DNA of 64,000 nucleotides, taken from assembly GCF_004010195.1 (NCBI RefSeq), contig NC_057751.1, forward strand, positions 7,640,446 through 7,704,445, written 5' to 3'. Position 1 is the stretch's first letter. Every line of letters begins with the position of its first letter. The DNA is from Chiloscyllium plagiosum (lineage: Eukaryota). The translations under genes and the position numbers were made by a program. Of this stretch, positions 1-11,797 are shown piece by piece. Below the pieces are notes generated by a model. It ran no database searches. It saw only the letters and a program-made list of their open reading frames with translations, and was not told where the DNA came from.

Positions 1-228
1 TAAAAAAGTAATTTGGAATTAAGAGTCTAATGATGGCTGCGAATCCATTGTCAGGAAAAAAAAAACCACTTATGGAGAAAATTTGCAATCCTTACCTGTT
101 CTGGCCGACATGTGACTCCAGACTTACAGTAATGTGGTTGACTCTTAACTATTGTATGGGTAATTAGGATTGGGCAATGAATGCTGGCCGAGCCAGCGAT
201 GTCCTCATACCATGCATGAATGATGGAA
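1..228 (+). mobile_element. 3' part of a tRNA-headed SINE (same family as 59072-59427)
   Basis: Shares tccttacctg..ctggcc..catgtgactccagac and the gggcaatXaatgctggcc...catgaatgaat tail with the copy at 59072-59427. Confidence 0.7.
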
Positions 229-1739
229 TAAAGATTTGCAGTTGGAGACTCTGTGGGTCTGCCTTCAGTGCTCTCCTGCAGATATGCAAACCAAGGTGCA
301 ACTTGACAGCTCACCTCTGAATTCTACAAGCTTTGCGTTTCCTCTTCTCTCCAACGTTATGCACATGGTGAAGTAACCTGCTCTGATATCTCCCGCTGTG
401 GCTCGTTGTCACGCTTTTGTGAAGCCCCTCGGTGCCTTTTATTATTTCGAAAGGTGCAACGCGAACAACATTTGTTGCCGCATTCATCTCCTGAGTTGTC
501 CAGCAGAACCCATGGGATCAGCTGCAGCAGCTCCTAATACCTCAGGTAAAACTTGCCACTTGATTATCCACGTTCCAGGAGGAACATGTGCCTGTCCTCT
601 TGGCACCTGTTTGACTTATGTTATGATTAAGGCTTGCCTTTAGCAGCATCAGTCCACACAGAAAGGACAAATAGCTCAGCCACGACTCCTGCCTGAAGCC
701 TTTCTTATTTCCACTGCAGAACCTTGCAGTACAAAAGTAGGCCATTCAGCCCATCAAACCTGTGAAAGACTTTCAACCCCCACTTGCAAATTTGTTCTCT
801 TCAAATACAAACCTTTACAAATATCCTTAGGAAACTGTTTTAGGCAGCTCTTGACCTTGTGCATTCCAGTTCTTCCACAGTCCTCCAAGTGAATAGTTAC
901 CTCTTCCATCAGGCTTGAGGTGAGACCCACATACAGGTGTGACGCACATACAGATACTATGCAAATCTGACATTCAGAACGCTGTCCTCAGCAAAGCGAA
1001 AGAACATTTCCACCTGATTTTCAACTGAACAGAGCCTAACTGGACAGCCCTGCCCTGACGCACTTCCCTTGCAAATGCTTTGACTGATCAGCATCTGCCT
1101 GTCCGCCAGTCAGCCCCCACATCACCTCACGCAATATCATATGTTCCCTTTCAGATTTGGAATTCTTGTGATTCTGTCCTGATGACTGCTGGACAAAAAG
1201 CTTCAACGTTGTAGATGAAATGGGACGTCATGGTCAAGTTTCCCTCCAGTACCTCTCTCAGTTTCTCTCACCAACAGCACCATCCAGTTGCCCAGTGTTT
1301 AATTGTGTTTGGTATCCAGAGTGTCAGTGTGTGATCATACAAGCCTGAGCAAGATCACCTCCAAAGAAAAACTGAATGGGGACAAGCTGCTGTAAGCAGC
1401 AGACAGCAATAATTTTAAAACAACAATCTTATGCCACACGTAGAGAATCTGGAATGCATAGCCTCCACATACCCCGAAGGAATAGAAAACAACCATTATT
1501 TTATTGGCTTGAATTCTGTTTCCTCTGCTTGGTAACCAAAGCTTGTCCAGTTAAGACTCTGATTTTTAGGGTTACATCTCTGTCTGACATCACTATGTCT
1601 CCATGAACCAACTCCACTCTAAGGAGACCAATGGAATCTGAAAAGAGCCACAGAGCACGATGGCTGCAGTCACCACAGACACCATAGCTCATAGCCTTGC
1701 CACAGCCCAGGAGGAGGTCACTCAGCCCATTGGTGGACT

Positions 1740-2568
1740 GCCATCACAAATCTCTGTTTCATATCCTAGGATGCATTTTCCCTCCTCCAGTCCGACTTCA
1801 AACATCCCACCCAGCCAACACACCCCTTTACTCAATTGCAAACTTCCTTGCTATCATTTGTAGGAAGAGGTGGATCAACAACAAAGACTTGTCCAGAACC
1901 AGGGGTCACAATCTGAGGATTTGGTGTTGACCATTTAGGTTGGAAATGAGGAGACTTTTTTTCATATAGAATCGCTACAGTGTGGAAACAGGCTCTTCGG
2001 CCCAACAAGTCCACACCGACCTTCCGAAGAGTAAGCCACCAAGACCCTATTGCTCTACATTTATCCCAGACGAATGCACCCAACCTACACATCCCTGAAC
2101 ATCTGACCTGCACATCTTTGGACTGTGGGAGGAAACCAGAGCATCTGGAGGAAACCCACGCGCCATCACAAATCTCTGTTTCATATCCTAGGATGCATTT
2201 TCCCTCCTCCAGTCCGACTTCAAACATCCCACTCAGCCAACACACCCCTTTACTCAATTGCAAACTTCCTTGCTATCATTTGCAAGAAGAGGTGGAACAA
2301 CAACAAAGACTTGTCCAGAACCAGGGGTCACAATCTGAGGATTCGGTGTTGACCATTTAGGTTGGAAATGAGGAGACTTTTTTTTTTTATATATACAATC
2401 GCTTCGGCCCAACAATTCCACACCGACCTTCCGAAGAGTAAGCCACCAAGACCCTATTGTTCTACATTTATCCCAGACAAATGCACCCAACCTACACATC
2501 CCTGAACACCTGACCTGCACATCTTTGAACTGTGGGAGGAAACCAGAGCATCTGGAGGAAACCCACGC
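1740..2568. repeat. Tandem duplication, ~422-bp unit (1740-2161 / 2162-2568), containing unique DNA, a CR1 piece and a HE1 SINE piece
   Basis: Both copies start gccatcacaaatctctgtttc and end gaaacccacgc; the second has a ~20-bp deletion. Confidence 0.9.
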
Positions 2569-2656
2569 AGCACGGGGAGAATGTGCAAACTCCACACAGA
2601 CAGTCACTCAAGGCTGGAATCGAACCTGGGACCCTGGCACTGCGAGGCAGCAGTGC
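2397..2656 (-). mobile_element. HE1/V-SINE-type SINE inserted in a CR1 3' fragment (CR1 resumes 2663-2892, +)
   Basis: Reverse complement of the tRNA-like head and central domain (gtttgcacattctccccgtg...ctttcctcccacag). Confidence 0.85.
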
Positions 2657-2988
2657 CGCTGCAGAGTTCTTCACCCAAAGCATGGTGAATCTTTGGATGT
2701 TAGCTATGCCAAAGAATGTATGCATTCAAAAGGCAGCGACATATAGCACTTGGGCGAATGGGATCAAAGGTTATGGGGAGAAAGCAGGATTCAGCGATTG
2801 AGTTGGACAATTAGCCATGATCGTGATGAATGGTGGAGCAGCCTTGAAGGGCTGAATGGCCTCCTCCTGCTCCTATCTTCTATGTTTCTATGCACTTATG
2901 AAGCATTATTGATGTGGTGGAAACAGCTGAATGTTCTCCACAGGAGCGACTACTGTCATGATCCCAGATGGTGTGAGTACTGGACATG

Positions 2989-3240
2989 GAGAAAGTGAGG
3001 ACTGCAGATGCTGGAGATCAGAGCTGAAAATGTGTTGCTGGAAAAGCGCAGCGGGTCAGGCAGCATCCAAGGAACAGGAGAATCGACGTTTCCCCCAAGT
3101 CCCTCCTCCCTACCTTTTATCTTCGCCTGCTGGGCACACTTTCCTCATTCCTGAAGAAGGGCTTATGCCTGAAACGTCGATTCTCCTGCTCCTTGGATGC
3201 TGCCTGACCTGCTGCGCTTTTCCAGCAACACATTTTCAGC
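2989..3240. mobile_element. Palindromic Penelope-like pLTR element with 15-bp TSD
   Basis: Inverted arms (ctggaaaagcgcagc..ggcagcatcc / ggatgctgcc..gctgcgcttttccag); tgagtactggacatg at 2974-2988 and 3241-3255. Confidence 0.85.
3151..3178 (+). ncRNA. Minimal hammerhead ribozyme motif (Penelope-type)
   Basis: CTGAAGA-A-GGGC-TTAT-GCCT-GAAA-CG-TC: CUGANGA and GAAA core boxes flanking stem II. Confidence 0.65.
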
Positions 3241-3745
3241 TGAGTACTGGACATGTCAGATCCCAATCTGAAAATGAGCATGTTGTTTTTCAAATGAAAC
3301 ACAGATCTGTCATGCTGCGGATTTGGTTTCAACCAGAAAACAGAAGTGTATTATTTAAAAGAAATTAAGTTAAAATTGAAAACAAAGGCGTGCTGCTGAA
3401 ACAAAATATAACTGGAAAGACTTGAAAATAAATGGCACAACAAAATCCTATCCATCCCCAAAACCATCACCTGACAGTACTCAAACATCTTATAGTTGCC
3501 ATCTCAATCAAATTGATAGGTTTTTGACTTAACTATTCCTTTCAATTCACAATCTTGAGAGCTTGTGAGCCTCTTTCTTGATTATTCACATAACTGAGCT
3601 TATACTTTCTCAGCTTCAAATTGCCCATTCAAGGTTCCAACCTTACATTTCTGACCTGGAGTTGTCTAGCTAAAACCCTTACACCGAGGTAACCTATGTC
3701 CCATCTGTTCTGAACTAAATGCTTTCTTCAGGATAACCTGCTCTT

Positions 3746-3815
3746 CGGGTCGGTGTGGACTTGTTGGGCCGAAGGGCCTGTTTCCACACTGTAATGTAAT
3801 CTAATCTAATCTAAT
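3746..3815 (+). mobile_element. 5'-truncated HE1 SINE tail flanked by a 52-bp direct repeat
   Basis: gggtcggtgtggacttgttgggccgaagggcctgtttccacactg plus (taatc)n; 3694-3745 = 3816-3867. Confidence 0.85.
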
Positions 3816-4198
3816 CTATGTCCCATCTGTTCTGAACTAAATGCTTTCTTCAGGATAACCTGCTCTTATATCTAACCCCAGTCAGGTCTTCTGTGAAATA
3901 AAAGCAAAAGCTTTCTAATCTTTCATGCTTCTCCTCAGCAAAATAAAATCAAATCCCAACTCTTTAAAACTCAAAACAAGTTAATGCCTTTGAACATTAA
4001 CTCTCCCTAATCGTCAAATTGCTACAATGCAAATAAATTTTGCTCATCACTCTAGGAGCTCTCTTTCCTACTCAGTGGTCATTTAAATTCTTCTGTTTTT
4101 ACCTCTTCTGTTTTTTAACCCCTCTCCCAATCCCATTGTCTTGCTCTGACAGAGAATTTCCCTTAGGCTCACTGGGTGATTTGACCTCAAACACCTTT

Positions 4199-4539
4199 GG
4201 GCGGCACAGTAGCTCAGTGGCGAGCATTGTTGCCTCAGAGTGCAGGGACACGGGTTCAATTCCACCCTGGGACAACTGTCCATGTAGAGTTTGCACATTC
4301 TCCCCGTGTCTATGTGCATTTCCTCTGGGTGCTCTGGTTTCCTCCCACAGCCCAAAGATGTACAGGTTAGGTGGATTGGCCACGCTGAATTGCCCATTTC
4401 ACCCAGGGATGTGCAGGCTCGGTGGATTAGCCATGGGGTTACTGAGATGGGGCCAGTCTGGGTGGTATGCTCTTTGCAGCATTGGTGTGGACTCAATGGG
4501 CCGAATGGCCTGCTTCTATGCTGTAGAAATTCTATGATT
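4199..4539 (+). mobile_element. HE1/V-SINE-type SINE, full length
   Basis: tRNA-like head with A/B boxes (tagctcagtgg; ggttcaattcc), central domain and CR1-like tail ttctatgatt. Confidence 0.9.
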
Positions 4540-5079
4540 TAACCATTGAGTCCACAAAGAAGGCTGAGTGCAATTAAATTATAGGATCTGAGGGCAAAAG
4601 CATAGGTTCAAGGGACTTTGAAAGAATATCTTCATGCAAGCACTTCTCCAGCAGACACCTTTGATCAGAAACTTCAGAGAGATTAAAATCTGTCAAATTT
4701 TTACAAGGAGTGAGACTTCAGTGAGCCACACTCTTGAAAAGGGTTGCAAGATCTGAGCGCATCGGTGCATGCGCGTGTGGGAAGGCAGGGAAATAAAAGA
4801 GGACATGAACATTGCTTGGGGAAAGGCACAGCTTCAAAAGAAAAAGACAGACCTGTCCTTGTTGATGAGAGGCCATGATCAGGAAACAGAGAGAATCAAG
4901 TTGCTTTTCTGACCTGTCTGCTCAGGTGTTTGAAACATGAGCCCAGAAAGAGCTGCACCGTGAATGTTGCAGATTTCAGATCCTTTGCTGATTGCACAAT
5001 TGTTTTACCGTCTGCTGCTCACACCTCTGAAGAGAAATGTTAGTCAATTAGAGAACTTTCAGATGACTGAGGTCGCCGA

Positions 5080-5354
5080 CTCAGGCGACTGACTGTGTGG
5101 AGTTTGCACGTTCTCCCCGTGTCTGCGTGGGTTTCCTCCGGGTGCTCCGGTTTCCTCCCACAGTCCAAAGATGTGCGGGTCAGGTGAATTGGCCATGCTA
5201 AATTGCCCTTAGTGTTAGGTAATAAGGGGTAAATGTAGGGGTATGGGTGGGTTGCGCTTCGGCGGGTCGGTGTGGACTTGTTGGGCCGAAGGGCCTGTTT
5301 CCACACTGTAAGTAATCTAATCTAATCTAATCTAATCTAATCTAATCTAATCTA
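5080..5354 (+). mobile_element. Young HE1 SINE, 5' truncated, long (TAATC)n tail
   Basis: Closely similar to the copy at 28594; about 8 TAATC units. Confidence 0.9.
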
Positions 5355-5615
5355 GAATGTCTGCAGTCTCCAGTGCCTTGTGGTGTGTGGTGTCATGAGT
5401 CACTGGTCGACTCTGTACATTGATAAGGGGCAGCTAACCTTGACTCCTCTGATAGTTTGCATCTGTAATGGAACCCGCTCGTACACGAGCTACTGCTGCC
5501 TGACTCTCACAGGTTTCTACAAATGAATTCATTTGCTCCAACACGATCTCTCTCACTGCTGCTGACTTGGCCATTTTTCTGTCATTTCCTGACTGCCCAT
5601 GTTGTTGTGTCTTGG

Positions 5616-6219
5616 TGTGGCAATGGTTATGTTGACAGCAAGGCTATGTTGTCCTTGGTTTTTTTCCAAGAGGGGTTGTAAAGGCAAAGGTACCGAAATG
5701 TCTGGAAAAGTCTACTTGAAAACAATGGCAGCGGAGAGTGGCCAGTCCCCCAAGTTCGGGTTTTCTTTTAGTTTTGTTTAGTTTTAGCAAGCAGTCAAAA
5801 AACTTGCTGGGGACCTAGAGAAGCAGCTACATTAAAAAAAAAGGTTCCATGATTCAACATGGGTCTTCCCTGAACTTTCTCTCTGAAATCTCTCCTGCCT
5901 GTAAGAACGTGTGTTTGAATTTAGCTTTTGCCAAGGGGTGTGTTAATGGGATGTCGCAGGGATTGGAACAGTTTTGTTAAGTTGCAGTATCATGTCGGCT
6001 GGGTTATCAAATAAGTTGTTCTAAATTCAGTTTGCTTTCGTTCGTATTTCATCCGTAATGTTTAAATAAATTCTGTTTTGTTTGAAGCTGAGTGGTTTGA
6101 CCAGCTGCATCACCCCTGGAATATCCAACTTATGTCTGCCTGAAAGAAAATAAAACTTAGGGTCTGGGCTACTTTATTAAAATGCTTTGGGGGATGGGGG
6201 TCTGGCCTGGTCCCTAACA
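5616..6219 (+). mobile_element. Solo LTR (TG...CA) with 5-bp TSD
   Basis: tgtggcaat...ccctaaca, AATAAA near 6065, flanks cttgg/ctcgg; related in reverse to 22882-23468. Confidence 0.75.
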
Positions 6220-7105
6220 CTCGGCATCTTACCAGCCAGTACCTTGCATTCTCTGCTGTCTGCCTGCGGTGTGTTTGCATGAATCAAATGCTCAGACAAC
6301 AGACTAAATCTGTGTGAAGCTCCCTCACCATCATACTAATGCCACTCCGCACCACAGCATGCACATGGGGAGCATGCTCAATTGTGTCCGACCCGGGGGG
6401 ACAAGTCATGGCCACAGGACTACAGCAGCGGTCACAGTCAGTGCCTTCAGGAGAAAATGCTTGAGATAAATAAAATAGCGCACATTGAAATAAGAATCCA
6501 GCAGAGCTACAAAACTCTATTTAACTGAGGTTCCCCTGCCCCCCCCCCCCCACGCTCTCTGCAGGAGATTAGTTATGGTTTTTGTGTGTTCTACTGCACA
6601 CGTCAGAGCACCTGTAGAAGACACAAAGCACGGAACGTGAAGATGAATAAAATCGATCTGCACAATTGCCAGCATGATTGTAGAAAGTATACAGAATCCG
6701 AAAACAACCAAACAAAAATGCATAAGCTAGCCTCTGGCTCCTGGACACAGCGACAGCTGCATGTTAATCTCACACTGGGCTTAACTTTGAGGAAAAATGT
6801 CTGGGGATAGCACACCATGACTGAAGTACACAGTCACTGGGCACACGCTGCAGAATTGAAAACATTATCAACAATTCAAGGGTACAGAGCGACACGTCCA
6901 ATCGTCCGAACGTGTCAGCCATTTCTGAATCAAAATCGACATTACACATGGGGAGAGCACTGCACTGCAGATCCACTGATCATATTTGATCAGTGATCTC
7001 TGACCTGAGAGCCAGTCAAGACGATAAGAAGGCAGGTAGTTTTGCACTTTTCTATATTTCATGTATTGCATCATCGAGTCCTTCAATGTCCGAGGAGAAA
7101 ATGTT

Positions 7106-7283
7106 AATTGCAGCACAGTGACACTAGAACATTTAAAAGACATCTGGACGGAGATATGGATAGGAAGGGTTTAGAAAGATATGGGCCAATTGATGGTAAG
7201 ATTAGGTTAGTTTATCTGGTCAGCATGGACGAGTCGGACTGAAGGGTCTGTTTCCATGCTGTATATCTCTTTGACTCTATAAC
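7106..7283 (+). mobile_element. CR1 LINE 3' end
   Basis: catttaaaagacatctgga...gggtttaga..gatatgggcc...gactctat tail. Confidence 0.75.
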
Positions 7284-7909
7284 CTGCAATTCTTCAGCAG
7301 CAGAGGACTGACAAGAACATTGAGGCACAGGTTTGATTTTCATGTGGGGCCCAGAGTTGATGAATGCAATGGGATTTCCACTTCCTCCCATGAACTGTAA
7401 ATCCCGTGGGAGCATGAACCAACACCCACCACAATGGTGGGATAAAGTTTGACTCATGTGGGTCAGTCAGCACATTGCGCTGGCACTTCACAGAGTCTCA
7501 GGGCCAGCCCAAAGCGTTTGGCACCCAGTCAGGTGTCTGTGAAGTGTCACTGTTGAGGCACGTTGAGCTTTGCTTTCCCTGCTTCAGCTGCGACCTGCCA
7601 GCCATGATGTGGCTCACACTCCAGAAGACTACCTGTCGCATCAATCTACCCACGCTTTAACCCTCTGAAGGCATCGTTGGGAAAGTGTGGATATCCTGCA
7701 CATCTTCTGAGAGAACTGGCAATGTTACTGACCATCATTCCCTCAAAGACATGGTACTTCCGGTGGTGGGAGAGCAGAAGTGAAAAAGTACAGTAGAAAA
7801 TGTTATATGGTCGTGGATCAATGTTAATGACAAAAAGGGACAGTGATGATGATTTTGTTAAAAATTACACAACACCAGGTTATAGTCCAACAGGTTTATT
7901 TGGAAACTC

Positions 7910-7938
7910 TAGCTTTCGGAGCGCTGCTCCTTCATCAG
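7910..7938 (-). ncRNA. Minimal hammerhead ribozyme motif
   Basis: Minus strand CTGATGA-A-GGAGC-AGC-GCTCC-GAAA-GC-TA; perfect 5-bp stem II. Confidence 0.65.
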
Positions 7939-8048
7939 GGTGTTGTGGGATGTAAGATCATAAGGCACAGAATTTATAGCAAAGGTTTATAGTGTGATGA
8001 AACTTTTGCTATCAATTCTGTGTCTGATGACTTATACTCCACAACCAC

Positions 8049-8077
8049 CTGATGAAGGAGCAGCATTCCGAAAGCTA
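8049..8077 (+). ncRNA. Minimal hammerhead ribozyme motif (stem II partly mutated)
   Basis: CTGATGA-A-GGAGCAGCATTCC-GAAA-GC-TA. Confidence 0.55.
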
Positions 8078-8335
8078 GGGTTTCCAAATAAACCTGTTGG
8101 ACTATAACCTGGTGTTGTGTGACTTTTAACTTTGTACATCACAATCCAACACCGGCATCTCCAAATCTTGATGATTTTGGGGTGACTTGGAGAGTGAAGG
8201 GGATTAACCCTTCACTGACAGGGCAGATACTGAGCATGTGTGGAAGGACCGATATTCCTAAATGACATGAATTGAGAGCCTGGATCCTTACAGATCCAAG
8301 TGAGATGTTTTCTCTTCTCATCCTCTGGGTTCAAT

Positions 8336-8513
8336 GATGTGGAAGTGCCGGTGTTGGATTGGAGTGGACAAGGTCGGAGGTCACACAACATCAGGTTATT
8401 GTCCAACAGGTTTATTTGGAATCACAAGCTTTCAAAGCGCTGCTCCTTTGTCAGGTGAAGTGACTTCAAATAAACCTGTTGGACGAGAACATGGTGTCGT
8501 GTGACTTCTGACC
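8336..8513. mobile_element. Degraded palindromic Penelope-like element (same family as 7862)
   Basis: gtccaacaggtttatttg ... caaataaacctgttggac inverted arms; hammerhead core decayed. Confidence 0.7.
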
Positions 8514-9289
8514 AGATTCACTGAAGGTTGTTCATGATTACCCAGATGAACATCAGTCTCAGCTGACCGGTAATTATCATACAATTATGTCATTATGACC
8601 AACACTAATTATACTCATTTTATCATGATCAACTACATTATATTTATGTTAGAAGATTAATGAGTAATTATTAGTGCCATATGGAGAATCACTCAATTCA
8701 CGCAGAAGAGACTACCGCAAAAATAACTGGCTAACCTGCTTCAGCACTGGGAGGTCAAAAGGTACATGTCACGAAGGATGGATAGGGATTAAATCACCTG
8801 CTCCTGCACCGGGGTGCAGGAGGGATCACTGAATCATCTACACTCAGCCCAGAGGACAGAGGACTTCAGTCAAATGCCCTCAGTACTGCACTGGACCATC
8901 CACAAGAGACACTCGCTTCCCCAACCCCATAAGGCTTTTATGCTCTAGGATTGGAACATCAAGCCACAACCTGCTCAGAAGCAGCAAGAGGGCTGCCCTT
9001 TGAAAAGACGACATGGGATCAGCCAACCTTACCAGCCACACCAAGGTCCAATCCAGCAAAGAAAGAAACAAATCCGCAATACACAAGTCTACACCACTTC
9101 CAATCCATGTGGGTGACATGGGGAATGCGCACCCTCAGGACGCAGGTGGCCATTTTGTTTGAGGTTCAGTTCATGCAGCAAAAGGTCAAAAAGTGAACGC
9201 CCGAAGCAGGAGAGCAAAGCGAGGAACGAAAGGAAACAAAGCAACAATATCATTAATCAAAGAGGGAAGCAAGGAGATTGTCCGGATAG

Positions 9290-9548
9290 GTAACACTGAG
9301 ATGAGGAGGAATTTCTTCGGCCAGACGGTGGTGAATCTGTGGAACTCATTTCCACAGGGCTGTGGAGGTCAAGCTATTGAGTGTGTTTAGGTCATAGACA
9401 GAGAGGATCTTGATTGGTAAGGGCATCAAGGATTACAAGGAGAATTCATGAGAATGGGATTGAGAAACATATCAGCAATGATTGAATGGTGAAACAGACC
9501 CTCAATGGGCTGAATGGCCTAATCCTGCTCCGCTTGCCTATGGTCTTA
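9290..9548 (+). mobile_element. CR1 LINE 3' end
   Basis: Encodes EMRRNFFGQTVVNLWNS, the CR1 ORF2 C-terminal motif. Confidence 0.8.
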
Positions 9549-9778
9549 GCCATTGGCCAAAATGCCAAGTGGTTACTGTTCTGTCCAACCAGCCGACCCC
9601 AAACCTCAGGGGAGGGGCGCTCTTCAGGTTAAGAGTGCTATAAACTGAGCTCAGCTCACCTGGAAGACGCAAAGTCAACCAAGTACAAATTTCTCAATGA
9701 GAAAACCCACATGACCATCTCTTAAAACAAGCCAGTCGTCACTTCAACCAAACGCACGCTTTCTTCAGTACGCAACAG

Positions 9779-10625
9779 ATAGAGTCATAGAGGCTAAGAG
9801 CATGGAAACAGGCCCTTCAGCCCAACTTGTCCGTGCTGTCCAGTTTTCAAAATTAAGCTAGTCCCCTTTCCCTGCGTTTGGTCTGTATCGCCCTGTACCT
9901 CTCCCATCTACGTCTCTGCGCAACCGCTTGTTAGGGGATGAAGTTGTACTCGCCTCCCCCAATACTTATCTGACAATAGCTGTCGAGGTGGTACCAGTGC
10001 ATTTTTATTTTGCCTCCTGTGTCAAGATACTGACCCAGTGAAACTGCGTCAGTGCCTCCAATACATAATTGTAAAAGCCAAGCAGGAATAAACCTTCTGT
10101 ACACACGCAGAGCGGTGAAAAAGTCTGCTGAAGACAGCCTGCGCACGTCTGCTGCTCCCGTGTCTCCCTCCACTGTGTCGGTGGTCATTTTCTCCCAGGT
10201 GGTGTTCACCCTCACAGAATCGTACAGTACAGCACCGGCCCTTCGGCCCCTCGCACCTATACAGTCAAAGTTACACGACTCCTTACACTCCTCCCACTTT
10301 CCCGTAATGGGCCCACAGCCCTGAGTGTCATGACACTTCAAGTGCTCACCCAAGTACTTTTCAAAGGTTGTGAGGTTTCCTGCCTCACCCAGACACCCCC
10401 CAGGCAGTACATTCCAGGTCCCCATCACTCTCTGGATGAGAAGGTTTTTTCTTAAATCCCTGCCTTTTACTTGGTTGCTACTCTTCAATGTTTGGGAACA
10501 GCTGCTTTCCCTTCACCCTGCCCATGCCTCTCGTAATCTACCACGATTCTATCAAATGTCCCCTCCACCACGTCCTGCAACCCTCTCTTCTCCAAAGAAA
10601 ACATCCCTGGCGTATCCAGCCACCC
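9779..10625 (-). mobile_element. Two CR1 3' fragments (9779-9980 and 10212-10625) around a possible RTE remnant
   Basis: ORF 9931..10488 reads LRKNLLIQRVMGTWNVLP; CR1 3' UTR sequences. Confidence 0.7.
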
Positions 10626-10629
10626 CTTG

Positions 10630-10960
10630 TTGCTGACACGAAATAGTTCGACAATGGGGTGGGGAAGATCCTGGTGCTTGGCAACACAGAGGTTGTACTG
10701 CTGCCTGCTCCTCCTGTTCAGCAGCTTCACCCCAGCCAGGTGTCGGAGGGTCATGGTGAGGGCAAAGATGGGGAACCGTGTTGGCTCACCGATGCTGCCT
10801 GGCCTGGTCCCAGTTAGCGCACAGGTCATGTCCGTGGGTGTCCGTCCCCACCCCCTCCCCGCGGGTTAGGATCATGACGTGCAAAGCTCCCTGCAGCAGG
10901 TGGAGGATGGTGATGAATTTCGGCGGACATCCAAATGTAAGGAGGCACACAGACACGATT
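10630..10960 (-). mobile_element. RTE-clade LINE reverse transcriptase fragment (decayed)
   Basis: LLTFGCPPKFITILHLL and TGTRPGSIGEPTRFPIF..AGVKLLNRRSRQQYNL..PIVEL resemble RTE RT motifs FGCPPKF / TGVKQGCVIAPTLFSIF. Confidence 0.7.
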
Positions 10961-11094
10961 GGTCTTGGCTCCCACTCCCTGGCATTCCCCACCCAAACCG
11001 GTTTTGAGCCAATCCCCATTGTTTCAACCACATATCACCGATTAAAACCAGTTTTACAGCTCTTTCTTTTCTACGAATCAAATCAAGATTCAAA

Positions 11095-11390
11095 TTAGAT
11101 TAGATTCCTTACAGTGTGGAAATAGGCCCTTCGGCCCAACAAGTCCACACCGACCCATTTCCCTACACTTACCCCTTCACCTAACACTACGAGCAATTTA
11201 GCATGGCCCATTCACCTGACCTGCACTTTCTTGGACTGTGGGAGGAAACCGGAGCACCCAGAGGAAACCCACGCAGACATGGGGAGAATGTGTAAACTCC
11301 ACACAGGCAGTCGCCTGAGGCGGGAATTGTACCTGGGACCCTGAGAGCTGTGAGGCAGCAGTGCTAACCACTGAGCCACTGTGCCACCCC
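11095..11390 (-). mobile_element. HE1 SINE, full length
   Basis: Reverse-complement head, central domain and (TAATC)n tail. Confidence 0.9.
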
Positions 11391-11467
11391 CAATTATCGC
11401 AGAAATTAGGACTGAATGCAGTGACTTTCATGTGGGGTGAAGCCTGTAATTCTTTACAGTGCATTTT

Positions 11468-11797
11468 CATATAGAATCCCTACTGTGTGGAAGCAAGCCT
11501 TTCGGCCCGTTAAGTCCACACTCACCCTCCAAACAGCATTTCACCCAGACCCACCCTTCTCGTCCGTCCCTGTAACCCTGCATTTCCCATGGCTAACTCA
11601 CCTGGCGTGCACATCCCTGGACAGTATAGCATGGCCAATTCACCTGACCTACACAACTTCGAAGTGTGGGAGGAAACCCACGCAGATACGGGGAGAACGT
11701 GCAAACTCCACACAGGGAGTCAACCAAAGTTGGAATTGTACCCTGATCCCTGGCACTGTGAAGCAGCGTAGCCAACCACTGAGCTACCTTGCCACCC
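11468..11797 (-). mobile_element. HE1-type SINE (subfamily with internal duplicated block)
   Basis: Two atggcXaaXtcacct blocks; attctat tail. Confidence 0.85.

Larger units (their letters stand above)
2954..3900 (-). mobile_element. Solo-LTR-like element (family of the element ending at 63022), interrupted by a Penelope palindrome and a SINE tail; right boundary uncertain
   Basis: Starts tgtcatgatcccag, approximately the reverse complement of ctgggatcataaca at 63009-63022. Confidence 0.5.
7862..8167. mobile_element. Palindromic Penelope-like element (second family) with a hammerhead core on each arm
   Basis: Long inverted repeat centred near 7995 (acacaacaccaggttatagtccaacaggtttatttggaa / ttccaaataaacctgttggactataacctggtgttgtgt). 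Confidence 0.8.

Noticed and set aside
315..377. 63-nt minus-strand exon candidate with gtgagc donor
   Set aside because: Acceptor has no polypyrimidine tract
1179..1207. Hammerhead core CTGATGA...AAAAGCTTC
   Set aside because: Stem II and the GAAA box are degenerate; at most a dead remnant
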